From positions 45,510,001 through 45,574,000 of the forward strand of contig CM052818.1 in assembly GCA_028534125.1 (NCBI GenBank): a stretch of 64,000 nt of DNA. Reading direction: 5' to 3'. Both the position numbers and the translations under genes were made by a program. The stretch's first letter is position 1; every line of letters begins with the position of its first letter. The notes beneath the pieces are model-generated. The model did no database searches, had not been told where the DNA came from, and saw nothing but the letters and a program-made list of their open reading frames with translations. Shown in pieces: positions 1 to 12,265 of this stretch. The stretch is from Lama glama. Its lineage: Eukaryota.

Positions 1-439
1 ACCACTCAGGGTGAGGAGGTTCTGAAAGCACAAGCCCCTTCCTCCTGGCAGAAAGCAAGGCGGGCAAGGGGCTGGGGGTCCCTGAGCACAGTCTGTCCGG
101 CAGCCGTCAGGGTGGTCCTGGTGCTTTTCCAGGTTCAGTTCACAGGAGAGCATCACTTTAGTGACACCTGTGCTGTGCACTGGAGAAAACCCGTTGGCCA
201 CCCCCATCGGGCATTTGGGGCAGAGCTTGGCTTTCCCAGGGCAGCAGGGAAGGTGAGACAGGGCCGTCCACTCCTGGACCATCCTGCTTCACTCTTCTCT
301 CCTCCAGCATTGCCTCTTCTGTCCCCTCCCCAAGGGACGGATGGACCCCGGGGCTCAACCTGGGAAGGTGCCTGGAGCCGGCCCTCCGAGGGTCGGGGCG
401 GAGGGTGGTTGAGGGTGGAGGGCCGGGCGCTGTGCCATG

Positions 440-580
440 AGCTCTACAAGCATGGTCTCATCGAATCCTCGCAACTGTGAGACTGAACTTATTGTCCCCA
501 TTTCACAGAGGAGTAAACTGAGGCTCGGGAGAGCCAAGACTCCATGCAGGTCTGTTGAACCCAAAGCCTGTGCCTTCCTA
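440..580 (-). mobile_element. MIR SINE fragment
   Basis: MIR core on the reverse strand: CCCCATTTCACAGAGGAGTAAACTGAGGCTC. Confidence 0.7.
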
Positions 581-1397
581 CCCTGGAGGGTGGAAGACAC
601 GTTTTAAATCAGCCCAAAGGCAATGCCAGGCAGGAGCCACTTTGTTTCACGTGGGAACATGTTTTGAAACCTGTTCCTTTGCCGCTGACATGCCTGCAGC
701 CACGCCACACACTTGCCCCTGCTGGCTCTCCTCTGCCTCATCCTCAAGCTGCACTTTAGGGTTTAGAGAGCACTTCTCTGTGCATTAGCTTATTTTTAAT
801 TTCCAGCACAGCCCAGGGGGTATTTTTTTTTTCTTTTCTAAATGCTGCGTCTCTATCATTCAAAAGCAAAGCAGACCTGGTTTGGGGACTGCACTTGACA
901 ACGCCGGTGGGAGGCGGGGAGCCATCAAGTTTCATAGCTACCCTCCCCGGCGTGGCTCCTGCAGAAGCTCACGGCTAATGCAGAGAAGGAAACTTGGGGC
1001 ACATCCTCCCTGTATGACCAGCCACTTCTGCTGCTGCGGTGCGGTCCCAGAGACCCTGGCCCAGCTGCTGCGGGCCAGCACGTCCCAGCAGAGCCCCCAG
1101 GGGCCACTGGGGCATGTCAGAATGATGGGGTGCAAAGGGACTCGCTTCCCCTGCCTCTTCTCCCCAGGACAGGTCCATGTCTCCCCATTCTAGAATCGAG
1201 GAGACTATGGCTCAGGGGAGCAGGACTCTGGCCCAGGTGTCCCCGCCTCTGAGCCCTGGCTCTCCCCTCTGCAACTGCACTGACCGGGCAAGGCTGGGGG
1301 GGTGCTGTCGAGGACTGAGAAGCTGCAGAGGGGGAGGGAAGGGTCCCAGACACATCTCTGCTCCCAGCGGCGCGGCAGAGACACACAGGGTTCCTAC

Positions 1398-1503
1398 CGT
1401 CGTTGTTGGTGTCCATCTGCCTGAAGATCTTGTCCGTCCGTTTCTCCGGAGTGGACTCGTCCTCGGGCATCTTCATCACGGAGGACACCATTTTGTATAT
1501 AGC
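1398..1503 (-). CDS. HPCAL1: HPCAL1 second coding exon (106 nt), ending inside the EF4 loop
   Basis: Acceptor TTTGCAG| (AG at 1505-1504). Encodes [35 protein letters not shown] plus the first base of Gly, in frame with the previous exon. Donor G|GTAGGA (GT at 1397-1396). The final exon (KLSLEEF...) was not found in 1-1397. Confidence 0.97.
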
Positions 1504-3682
1504 CTGCAAAGGGGCGCAAGACGTGTGTGCTCCGAGGTTCCGGGCTGTTCCCCGGCGAGCGGGGCACAGGTGTGAGCTTCCGCACAGCCCATGGCCGGAT
1601 GAGAGGGCCGGATGCTCACCCTTCCCCGGCTATAATGTTCCCTGGTCCTCCCAACAGTGTGGATGCGTATCACAGACGGCAGGTGAGCGAAAGGCGCCAG
1701 GCTCATTTACGTGAAGTTCAAGAACAGGCCAAACCACCCACTGCGACAGTGGAAATGCTCCAGAACTCACCGAGGATGATGACACGAGCATATGTGTGCA
1801 CAGCCTGCCACACTGCACACGGAGCCGTGCACACTTAACCATGGGGTCACGGTACCTCCGGTAAAAGCTAAAAAGACTTAGTCCCTGAACCCCACCAGCC
1901 CCAGCAAGGACAGGGCCAGGGCGGCAGTTCTGTCCAGCAGGACAGAGAACCTTCTCTCAGGGGCACTGCCATCCAAGGGCTTGGCACCATTGCTGGCAGT
2001 CTCTGTCCAAGGGGCCTGGCCCGGGCAGGTGCCCCGTGCGGTGGTGGGTGTATGTGCATGTGTCCAGGGGGCTGTGATGAGGCCAGTGACCAGCAGCTCA
2101 TCAGAGTAACGTGCAAGGCCGGGGTGGGGGAGGGCCCGTGCCACTGGGGGATTCTGTGCGGAAATGGCTCGACTGGTATTCTCACTCCTGAAATAGCAGA
2201 CCAAGAACAGCAGAAGTCTGAGAGTTGTTTGATGTTAATAGCAGGTTTACAGAACAAAACCAAAGAAGGATAGACCCAGGCGAGGCTTCTGATACCCTTA
2301 CGCTCTCCCCTCGTTGCCCCCCTCCATTTGTCGGGGGTGCTGGCCAGGCCTCACAGCACGGCAGTGTGTATCTCAGGGCCTCTTGGGACAGGACCCGCTC
2401 CTGGGACGGGGCAAGGCCCTGGTCTGAGCACAGAGGAGACAGAGTCAAGACCCACCCAGGCCTCTGGTGGGCTGTGAAGTACGCAGATCCCAGTCCGTTT
2501 TGACAAAGGTGTAGCAGCCAGAGGTCCCACCCAGCAAGCCACCCGCAGGTGCCAGGGGAAGGGACTCAGGGTTTGGGAATACGGCCTGGTGGCCTAGCAG
2601 CCAGGTCCCATCTGGACAGGCCTGGCACCCCACGCTGTTCTGAACGAGCCTGCCGTGTCTCTAAGGCCAGTCTGCTTAGCCAGTGACAGGGATGGCTGTT
2701 TGCAGAAGGGTACGGGCTAGCACAGGGGCTGGATAGGAGATTCCCGGGAAGCAGATGTGTTACTTCCACCACCGCCCGGGGCTAAGAGCCAGGAGCAAGA
2801 GCTGAAGCACGGGGCTCCCCGAGCCGGCGGCGACTTATCCTCACTGTGTAAAAACCACCTGTTCCGGAGGCAGGTTGGTCACGCCTCAAGCCACTTGCTC
2901 TAGGAGCTGGTGAGACCGCTTTGCCTGTGGTTGAGCCCTGAAGCTCCTTCGGTGTAAAGAATACCTCCTGTAAGGAATTTTGGAACTGAACCCCCGAGGC
3001 TCCAGGAGTTGGGGTTCGGGGGGACCCCAGGGAGCGGCCGCTCTGTGGTCTCTATCACATGCCTAGGAATCTGGGGAAGTGAACAAAACTCGGTTTCTTT
3101 CTGGAAAATGACCTCACCTGCCAGAGCAGCTGACAGGAGGCGAGAAGGGGTTCAGAGGCAGGGACACCCTGGGGTGGGGCCCGAGCTCTCTGTGGTCACT
3201 AACGTTGCAGTTTTCTTTACAACTGAACGTTCCTGGGGATGCGACAAGATGTTTGTTGCATTCTCGAATGAGGGGCCTTGAAAAGGTCTTAGGTGGCTTC
3301 TGCAAGTGTCAAGGGTCCTCTCGATTCCTATAATTCTCAGCTCTGTTGATTGTTAGAGAATCACTGCTCTGAGCCCCAGATTTTGTGACATGCTGAGAAC
3401 GACCCCCACTTCAGGGTTGAGAAGGTCACAGCTCATCAAAGCCCTCAGGCCAGGCCTGATGTACGGCCAGTGATCCGTAAACACCGGCTCTTACCACTAT
3501 TTGCAAGGACCCACCGGTCAGGGGCCAACCGCTCACTTTCACAAGTGCACGAGAGACGGGCGGGCTGCCACCCAGCAGAGAAGGACTGAAGCCGGAGATG
3601 AGCAGAGAGAGCACACGCCGGGAGGGGGCTCAGCCTCGGGGAACCCGCCGCCTCCGCCCCGCCGGCCCCGCGGGGGACGCAC

Positions 3683-4060
3683 CTGCACGATCTCCAGCAT
3701 CTCGCTGCGGCTGATGTAGCCGTTGCCGTCCAGGTCGTACATGCTGAAGGCCCACTTCAGCTTCTGCTCCAGCTTGCCCCGCGAGGTCACGCTCAGCGCG
3801 ATGATGAACTCCCGGAAGTCGATGGTGCCGTCGCCGTTGGTGTCGAAGGTGCGGAAGACGTGCTCGGCGAACTTGGAGGCGTCGCCGTAGGGGAAGAAGT
3901 TGGCGTAGATCTTCTTGAACTCGTCCACGGTCAGGTGGCCGGTGGGGCAGTCCTTGAGGAAGCCCTTGTACCACTCCTGCAGCTCGTGGTCCGTGAACTC
4001 CGTGTTCTCACGCAGGTCCTGCAGCACCTCGGGCCGCAGCTTGCTGTTCTGCTTGCCCAT
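3683..4060 (-). CDS. HPCAL1: HPCAL1 (VILIP-3) first coding exon, codons 1-126: N-myristoylation motif, EF1 (inactive), EF2, EF3
   Basis: Translates [50 protein letters not shown]...[30 protein letters not shown] distinguish it from HPCA and NCALD. Kozak GCCACCATGG; EF loops [12 protein letters not shown] and [12 protein letters not shown]; phase-0 donor CAG|GTGCGT with GT at 3682-3681. Confidence 0.98.
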
Positions 4061-4078
4061 GGTGGCCGGCGGCGACAC
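4061..4078 (-). other. HPCAL1: 5'UTR part of the first coding exon of HPCAL1
   Basis: Acceptor CCCCTGTCTTGCAG| (AG at 4080-4079) followed by GTGTCGCCGCCGGCCACC ATG. Confidence 0.9.
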
Positions 4079-5174
4079 CTGCAAGACAGGGGACCCGGCT
4101 GGGGACCTTGGGGTGGCGGAGGGCTCCCCACGGCCCACAGCCAACGATCGAGGTGGAGAAAGGTCCCTAGCATGTTCCGCTGTTCTGTACCAAGGGCTGG
4201 AGAGGTCCGCTTTGGGCCATCTCGGTGCCTGGGATGTCTCAGGCCATCTAGGACCCGCTGCGGGTAGGCAACTGTCAGTCCAGGTACCACTAGGAAGGCT
4301 CAGATGCTCCAGTGGAGTCAGGACAGGGCGCCCTCACTGCAAGACACATCCTGACTTCCAGAATGTGGAAATGGAGGGGGGGATGGCAACTTAAAATCAA
4401 CGGAATGAAGCGTTCATCAAGTGCCCACCAGGGGCTGTACAAGATTTGAGGATGAAATCCTTCCTCTCATCACCCTCATCAGCTCCAGGCAAAACTGTCA
4501 GGCCGCCTGCCCTCACCCCAACCCATACCCGACGTGTTCTGAGCAGTTCTTTTCTCTTTGGGGCACCACGTTCTGATTTTATCCCTAGAACAGGCACCCA
4601 GAAACTTTTAAGGACTTTTTAGTAACTTTATTTTGCTTCTGAGAAACACTTTGTGGATCTAGAATTAGCACCAAGAGACGTGATGTCTCTAATGTTCATA
4701 GTGAAATCTCAGGCACCTGCGGGAGGACAGAAGCGTGCTCCCCACGGAGGTTTTCCATGAGACCTGGATGTAAGACTGACCCTGGTGTGATATTCCTGCC
4801 AGCCATTCATACAGCTTTCATCTCAACATTTCATTTTATTTTCTGATTTTCACAGTAACACATGCACATGGCTTAATCATTTTGGGAGCATATAAAATAG
4901 AAAATAAAAACAAAAGGTTTCCCTCCCTACTCCCAGAGGGAACCACTCTGAACTGCTTCTTAACATTTGTGAATTCTAAACATTATGCACAGACTCTCCA
5001 TTATGAGAGATAATCACTGTAGTTCACATATTTTCCCTGGTGCTTCCTCTTTCTTCTTTCCCTTCTCCCAGGTTTTATTAGTTTTATCCATACATATCAT
5101 TATTTTTACGACTTTAAATTATGTAAATTTTATATAAATTTAAATTATAGAAAAGTTCTTTTTCTAATCTCCAG

Positions 5175-5460
5175 GTAGGGCTGTTTGGCAACATCTTTCA
5201 CAATTATAAGCACTTCCCCTTGGACGCAGTAACCCCACTTCTAGGAACACATCTAAAGATGCTCCCATCTGTGCACACAGCCTGTGTGCACCGTTATCTG
5301 TAATAACAAAAAACGCAGGCGCCTGCCATTGTGGACTGACGTGAAACAACCTTCAAGATCTGCTTTTAAGTGAAAAGAAAAGGTGCAGAACAGAATACAG
5401 AGTTTGCTACCATTTGTGAAAACAAGAGAAGATACACTTGCATGTGTTTCTGTGTCTGTC
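5175..5460 (+). mobile_element. Old L1 (L1ME-like) 3' fragment
   Basis: GCAGTAACCCCACTTCTAGGAA and TTAAGTGAAAAGAAAAGGTGCAGAACAG resemble the L1M ORF2-end/3'UTR consensus. Confidence 0.6.
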
Positions 5461-6399
5461 TGATAGTCAGTGGCCCATCATCTCTCTAACGTGCCTTCCT
5501 GCACTTTCCATCATGGAGACAAGACACCTTCTGGGATGCTCGAGGCTCCGAGAGCTCAGGATCGGTCCTTTCAGAATCCACTCGCCTCCATGAAAACCAG
5601 CCACCGCTCAGAACAAGACTTCAACTGGCCTCAGAATGTGTCTGTGATTTTTGTTCTTTCACAGCCCACAGAAATGCCAAACTCCTAGCACCTCCTCCAC
5701 CAGATGTAACACATGTTTACAGAAAGGAAGAGACCACATGAGGGAGCGGGACACGTTCTATCAACATAACCTCTAAAAGGTGACAGCCACGGTGCTCCAA
5801 GGTCTGCCTGGGGCGGCTTCCACTTTCCCAGCCCTTTCCTGTGTGGCCCACAGGCAGACACCTGGGGCTGCAAAATCCGGTGGCCCAGCACCTCCTTCTC
5901 TGACCGCTTCTGCAGAGCCGGTGTCTGCCCTGGGGCGAGGCGTACTCGCCCCTGTGGTGATGGTGGTTGTGCATGAACACGTGCAGACACCTGCTTTCAG
6001 GTCTGGCTAACTTTGGGGAGGTTTCTGGCAAAGCTGGCATTCCAGTAGAGCCTGGATGCCCCCTTTTGGGGGGATGCAGTGCAGGGGGCACTTCTTGAAA
6101 GCTTTGGGGGCTCACAGGATGGAGTGATGCGTGGCCCCTCTGAGTCTGGCCTGGGCAATGCCCTTTCCTGCCTGCTAGACACACAATAACCAGGGGAGGA
6201 CTCAGAGGCCCCTGAGGGAGCAAGCCCCATAGCCTCCCTCCACCGTGCCTCCTCATCTGACCACGCCCCACAGTAAATGACTGGAGTGCCCATTTTTTCG
6301 GTCCTCTGAGGACGGTACATAACTAGTACCGCTCCAGGTGCACAGGCGAGAAGTCATTCACTGTGCACAGCAGATGCTTCAGGGTATCAGGGCTTATTC

Positions 6400-6591
6400 C
6401 TTCCTGGGACCCCAGGGGAGGCAGGACGTGGGATGGCAGACCTGCAAAAAGGAAGAAGTTTAAGTCCCTGAATGACTGCATGGAGCGAAGACCTCCCCTT
6501 GTAACAAGATCAGGAAATACATCTTTATTGTGTTAAGCACTTAGATGTGGGGGCCGTTTGTCCTAGCAGCTGACCGACCCTGACCAGTACA
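6400..6591 (+). mobile_element. MaLR LTR (MLT1-type) 3' part
   Basis: GTCCCTGAATGACTGCATGGAGC ... TTTATTGTGTTAAGCACTTAGATGTGGGGGCCGTTTGTCCTAGCAGC...CCCTGACCAGTACA matches the typical MLT1 terminus ending in TACA. Confidence 0.7.
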
Positions 6592-7239
6592 GACCCTTGG
6601 GTCCCACCACCAGCACAGATAGGTGAGTGCCCCCCTCCATCTCCAAAGAGGGGAGCCTCTGGAGACACTCTGGGCAGGGGAACAATAGGCCCAGAGGAAG
6701 GAGGGTGCAGAACCAACCTGAAAGGTGAGTGTCTGGGGAAGAAAAGGGTCAGTCTGTACACCAACTAGAGAGCACCCATCGCTGGTGCCCCCACCCTCCC
6801 AGCACGCCGGCCAGGACTTGGCCCGCAAGCTGGAGGCTCTTTCTCCAGGGAAGCCAAACTACTCTTCCTCTCCCAACAAGAAAAGACCTAAAAACACTCA
6901 CATGTGGGGGAAACCCAAGAACAAGCAAGCTGCCCCATCACCTGGTACAGTCACAGAGAATAAAGAGAACGCAATGCTGATCATCTTTGGAAATCATGAA
7001 TTAACTTGAATAAGTATTTAATAAGACCTTATTATGTATCCACCACCATCCTGGCTGCTTCGGGGGACAGATGTATCCGGCATGGGTCCTGCCTTCAGAG
7101 AGCTTATTAAGGCCAGAGCACGTGGGACGCAAGCGAGTCGCCAACACTGGTCCATTTCAGCATCCAAATACCCTACAGCTGTCATCCTACCTACAGCCAC
7201 AATTCCCCAAGCACTCATGCGTGCCTGGCGCTGTGCAGA

Positions 7240-7330
7240 CCATTTCACAAACGGTGAAACCGAGGCGTGGGGAGGGTGTTAAGTAGCTTTCTCATGGTCC
7301 CACAGCTAGTGAAGCTGGGCTGTGACCAGG
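7240..7330 (-). mobile_element. MIR SINE fragment
   Basis: CCATTTCACAAACGGTGAAACCGAGGC...GTTAAGTAGCTTTCTCATGGTCCCACAGCTAGT. Confidence 0.65.
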
Positions 7331-7902
7331 AGTCCATCTTGAACTTGACCGTGGAGCTCCACGATCGACCCTGAACCCTGGCAGGTGGACCGGGCATTCC
7401 CAGGTGTATAGGGAAGAAAAGCTAGACTATGAGAAATTGAAGGAGGCACCTAAGAAACAAAAATGATACATTTTACTTTGGGGGAAAACTATCAAGAAAT
7501 ATGTGGCTGGAAAAACACATCTTCCTGCCACCGTCTTGAAGGGTGAGTTAGTAAAACCTCGGCTGTCAGACTCACGGCTGATGGGAGACCACACTTTTGA
7601 GGATGGCGCTGCAGGATCCTATCACTGATTTTCTAACCTCCTTTGAGGAGACCCCGAGGCTCTGAAGCAGGGCACCCACCACACCGCTGCTTCGATTTCT
7701 TGACCATGCCCAGTCAGCTGAATTAAAGGGCTAGCTAGCATGATCATTTTAAAAGCTGATAACGCTAATTTCGCTAAAAGTTCAAGACAACTCCGAGGAT
7801 GTCAAAGCCAACCTGGTGGACCAGCTAAGAAGCCAGAGTTGGGGGAGGGGGCCTATGTTTGTGGAAAGTTCCAAAGAGCTCGAGCTGAATTCAGATGAAC
7901 AG

Positions 7903-8021
7903 CATTCTGGAATTAACTGGTTGCACAACAGTGTGAATGTACTTAACACGACTGAACTGTACACAGAAATGACTAAGGCGGTAAATTTTATGTTATACAT
8001 AATTTATCACAAATTTCAAAA
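7903..8021 (+). mobile_element. L1 (L1MB/MC-like) 3' terminus
   Basis: GGTTGCACAACAGTGTGAATGTACTTAAC...CTGAACTGTACAC...GGTAAATTTTATGTTAT is the classic L1M 3' end. Confidence 0.8.
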
Positions 8022-10511
8022 AGGGCAGTGTATTTCGGAGAGGGCCAGATGGTGTTAAGAGGACCACAGTGTTACTCCTGGTCTGATTGTCTAGGATCCT
8101 TGGGTGTAGAGGTCGCAGGTCGAAGAATCCTGTGTCTCTATTTGAGATGGGGGAGCCATCTCTCATCATAAGGGCTGACCCATCCCAAGAAAGGCAATGG
8201 AGTCAGGGGAGGTGGTACAGCATTCCCCAGAAGAATCCGGAAACACGCTGTCTGCAAATCCAGTGTGTTTCATCACATCCTGCACCATGTCCTGAGTCAT
8301 TTAATTGTGCAAATGCTTGTGCACACATGTCCACTAGCCAGTGCTCCGCTCCCTAAAAGCGTCAGCTCAGGAGTGCAGGCCATCCTTGCCCTAGGCATGT
8401 CCTCAGGGCCTGGTGCCAGGCTGGGTGCATGGGGTGGGGGGGTACCTGGTATATTCCAGTCCATCGGGCGCTCTAAATGCCTGGGGACGCAGGCCCTGGT
8501 TCTCACGGCTCCAGGCTGCTTATGGCACATGGATGGGGCATAAAAAGTGACCCAAAGTGGGGGCTCCAAGCTCCAAGGAGGTACCATTCATACCCACATA
8601 GGGCCGAGCAGTCTTTCTTGGAAGATGGCACATGAGATCCAAACTGAATGACAAGGAGGACTTTAAAAGTCACTGGGGGCTCAACCCCAAAGGCCACCTC
8701 CAAGGGGCACATGGCAGATTCCAGGTGCTGCAGGTTGGGGCGGAGCTGGACCAGGCTGGGAGGAGGCAATGTCATCTCTGTCACCTCCATCTTAGAGAAA
8801 AGGAGCTGAGGCTTCTGTGGGGCACAAGCTTGTCCTTGGCAGGTGGGGCTATGACTTTCCTGGGGGGCCCTTTCAGTGCCAGGTCCGTGGGCAGGGACAG
8901 AGGCCACCCAGGTGCTCCCGGCTGCTGTCCACCTCTGTCCCTCACCATTAAACTTCTCACCCAGTTTCACAAGATGGCCTTCCCACGGTGACTTTCATGA
9001 AGCCATGAAGTGTGGACCACACATGTCAAATAAAGCCCCACCTGCATTCCCAGTCACTCTCCGGGGGGACCTGCATGGCTTACCAAAGGCTCCGATATAT
9101 TTTAAAAGAATCTCATTTTAGCTCCCTCCTGGAGGCTCTCAGCGTGAAGTAGGTGGCCTCACAGGGAACACGGACGGTGGAACACCGCATGCCCAGTGAC
9201 TCTTCTGTTACTAATTAAACCAATGAACCAATCTGATTGATGACTGGCCGACTGGGAAGACGGCTGACAAAAAGCAAGACTTTCTGCAAAGACAAAGCCA
9301 ACACTCCCATCTCCCAGCAGAAATGGTACCCCGGCCCTGTCGTTAGGCGCACACCCCAGCCTTCATTTACCAGAAAAATCTCTCTTTCATTTCCAGTGAA
9401 AGATACGGTGAAGAAGTGCCAGGGGAGAGCAACTGATTCAAGGTCAGAGAAAATCTCTTACTGGGCTCAAAAAGCTTCACCACCAAGCAGGAGTTGGATC
9501 AGACAAGCAAAAGCCTTCTGAGAGCATCGAAGATGACATTTTAATTCTCAGTAATGGAAAAATGGGGGAGTTAATGCAGGGCTAATATCCATCCCTCTGA
9601 GTCTCAGTTACTCTGTTATTGCTCTTAATGTGCTAAATTGTAAAGGGAAAAAAAGTAAACCTGTAGCTAGGGAACCCTATGACAATATTTAACCTGAAGT
9701 CCATGTTGCCTGCAAATTAAAGCCTTTTTAATGGCATAGTTCTATCAGCTGCCAGCGAGGCTTCTGGAACCAAGTGCTCCAACATCTCATTAATCACAGC
9801 TCAACACCGGCTGCCGGCGTGGGAAGACATTTCATCCCATCGCTCTAAAATGCTTTCATCAAGTCAGAACTCCAAAGCTGGCTGGGCCAACCAGACTTAG
9901 AAACACTTGGAAGGAAGATGATGGAAGAGTTGGGAGGAACCAACTCCTTAATAAATGGCCAAAGCTCAGGATGAAGCTGAAGGGGCTGCTGCCGTGAATC
10001 TGCACTTCAAGGGACTGGAGGGCTCGTTTGAGACGAGCACTTGTTCTGTCTGGGGCAGAACAGGACACTGCGGGTGGAAGGAAAACAGGCGGTTTGTGTT
10101 GTTTCCCATGCAGCCCTAGTCCCTGTTCTTTTTCCTGATGACCCATGGACAAAAGCTCCTCCTGGGGCTGAGCCACGGTCCTAGGGAGAAAAGAGGCTGA
10201 CTGCATTTGTGTCCTTCTATCCTCCAAGCAGGAAGGTAGGAAGCAAGCCGCCTGCAGCTTTGGCTTCTAGTGCAGCTGCTCCGCGGAGGGGCCAGTCCTG
10301 TCCCAGGAGGTCTGTGACAGCTGCCAGGACCCGGTGCAGAGAGCAGTTTGGCGGGGGGTGGCTCAGGCTGCAGTGCAGCTGGGTGGACGCTAGAGGGCGC
10401 GGTCGGGCAGGCTCCTCAGGACCTGAGCGGGAGACCCCGCCTCCCAGCTTCCTGACCCCGCCCCTGCCATGCCCCCTCTATCTCCCGGTGGCTCGGTTTT
10501 TCCATCTACAA

Positions 10512-10832
10512 GCTGGATTTGTCCAGTACAGTAACCACCAGCCACATGCGGCCATTGAGTACTTAAAATGTGGCCAGTTTAAATTCATATATAGGCTCTA
10601 GGAGTAAAATTCACGTTGGATTTTGACGACTTAATACAGGAATAAATATCTCATGAACAATTTTTCTATCCTGATTACATACGAAATGATAAATGATGCC
10701 ATTTGAGATATAGCAGGTTAAATTAATCATGTTGGTACCATTAATCTCATCTGTTTATTTTCACTCTTTTGATGTGGCTACCAGAAAAGTTAAAATTATA
10801 TATGTAGGTGGCTTGCACTTTATTTCCAGTGG
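10512..10832. mobile_element. MER33-like hAT-Charlie DNA transposon
   Basis: TGTCCAGTACAGTAACCACCAGCCACATG...TACTTAAAATGTGGCCAG ... ATGTGGCTACCAGAAAAGTTAAAATTA; an AT-rich island in GC-rich surroundings. Confidence 0.75.
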
Positions 10833-11729
10833 TGGGAAGATCCTTGGGGCACCGATTTGGGGTCACCAAACAGGGACTCTTCGAGTTCATTAGCGCCTTG
10901 TTTACAGGCCCACTGCTAACTGTGACCTAGCTGAGAGAGGTGGCCTGTGTTTATTTCACTTCTTGGTGCCCTCGAAAGATAATGGTGTTTGCATTTCATA
11001 ATTCTGTGTGAGTCCCAGAAGTTTCTGTTTTCAACAGCTTCAAGAACTTTGCTGAAGGCCGGCTGCGGTGAAGACCCAGGTCTGGCCCTGGCTAAGGTGT
11101 AAGGCTGCAGGTAGGGGTGTTCCTCCTCCTCTCCCAAGGGTGAACACGAAAGCCCCACGAGAGAACTGGGGAGAGGGGGTGAGTCACACTTCTTGAGCCA
11201 ACAGTTATGGGTATGTGCCTAGAACCAAATTCAGCCCACCAACCTCAGGGACCTTCCTGAAAACCTGTTGCATCACAGCTTCACCAGTTGGATGGGCTCC
11301 AGGCCAGTGACTTTGGTTGAGAAATCCAACCAAAAGCCCTCCTGACTTCTGTACCTACCCCAGCAGCTTAAACCTGACTCCTCAAAACTTTACAAATGTA
11401 TAAAAGAAAGTTTGGAAGAAAGGAGGGAGGAGAGAAAAAGAGAAAGGAAGAAGGAAGGAAAGAGGCAGGCGGGCCAAGCAAGGCAGAGACCCCCCCTTCC
11501 CATGTTGAGCCATCCTCCTTTCTACTCTCTTGCCGCTGACCTGCCCTGAATGAGGCTGAGGGAAAGGAAGAGGTAGAGAAAAGGAAAATCCTCAAGAGGG
11601 TGTCCTTTCCCTTGCAGAAACGGCTAAGGCAACAGGAAGAGGAACTGTGGGTAGCTCTTCCTGCACGCCTTGTACCTCTGAGATCACCAATTCATCTATG
11701 GAGCTGCCCAATTCAGCTGCCCAACAAAC

Positions 11730-12265
11730 TCCTACTCATCCCCCAAAGCCCAACTCAAATGTCACCTACTCAGGGTTGCACTTCCCAACCCCCCTACAAT
11801 TGCTCTTCCCTTTGCATTCCAATAGCATTTTTTAACCTGTTTCTATTATGACCTCAACTTTTATTACGTCATTTACATTTTCCCCTCATTAGACTGTGAG
11901 CTCCTTGAGGAAAGAGAATACTACACTCATGCCAGTGTATAATACGACACGTGTTCTAGCCCCAGGGCCTCTGCGTTTGCAGTTCCCTCCACCTGGTCTG
12001 CCTTTCCTTCCCCTCAGTATCTGCAAGGTGCACTCCCTCAGTGTTCATGTCTTTGCTCCAGTCTTCTTGGGGGCACCGCCTCCAAGGAGCCCATCTCAAA
12101 TAGGATTGGTCCTTACCTTGCCGCCTTTGCATGGCAGTTCCTACTACTGGCACTGTATTGCTATATGGTTGACTCTCTGCTTTTGTTCACCACTGCTTCC
12201 CCAAAGAGCCCGGAACAGGGCCTGGCACACAACTGGTGCTCAGTCAAAATATTTGAAATAATGGT
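11730..12265 (+). mobile_element. L2 LINE 3' fragments
   Basis: AGACTGTGAGCTCCTTGAGG; CAGGGCCTCTGCGTTTGCAGTTCCCTC; CAGGGCCTGGCACACAACTGGTGCTCAGTCAAAATATTTG. Confidence 0.75.

Larger units (their letters stand above)
3560..4135. promoter_or_regulatory. Intragenic CpG-island-like region over the first coding exon
   Basis: Visibly dense CG dinucleotides and very high GC in the exon and both flanks (e.g. CCGCCGCCTCCGCCCCGCCGGCCCCGCGGGGG); obs/exp ratio not computed. Confidence 0.7.

Noticed and set aside
1..1397. Final HPCAL1 coding exon
   Set aside because: No KLSLEEF...-encoding sequence found; it should lie outside the window.
1117..1509. 130-aa ORF or intron-retention isoform replacing the end of EF4
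   Set aside because: Only 1398-1503 is homologous. The remainder is stop-free GC-rich intron with no domain signal and no transcript evidence.
3539..4144. 201-aa ORF as a single-exon protein with N- and C-terminal extensions
   Set aside because: It starts at a non-ATG codon in the intron and reads through the donor. The real start is the Kozak ATG at 4060, where myristoylation needs Gly2.
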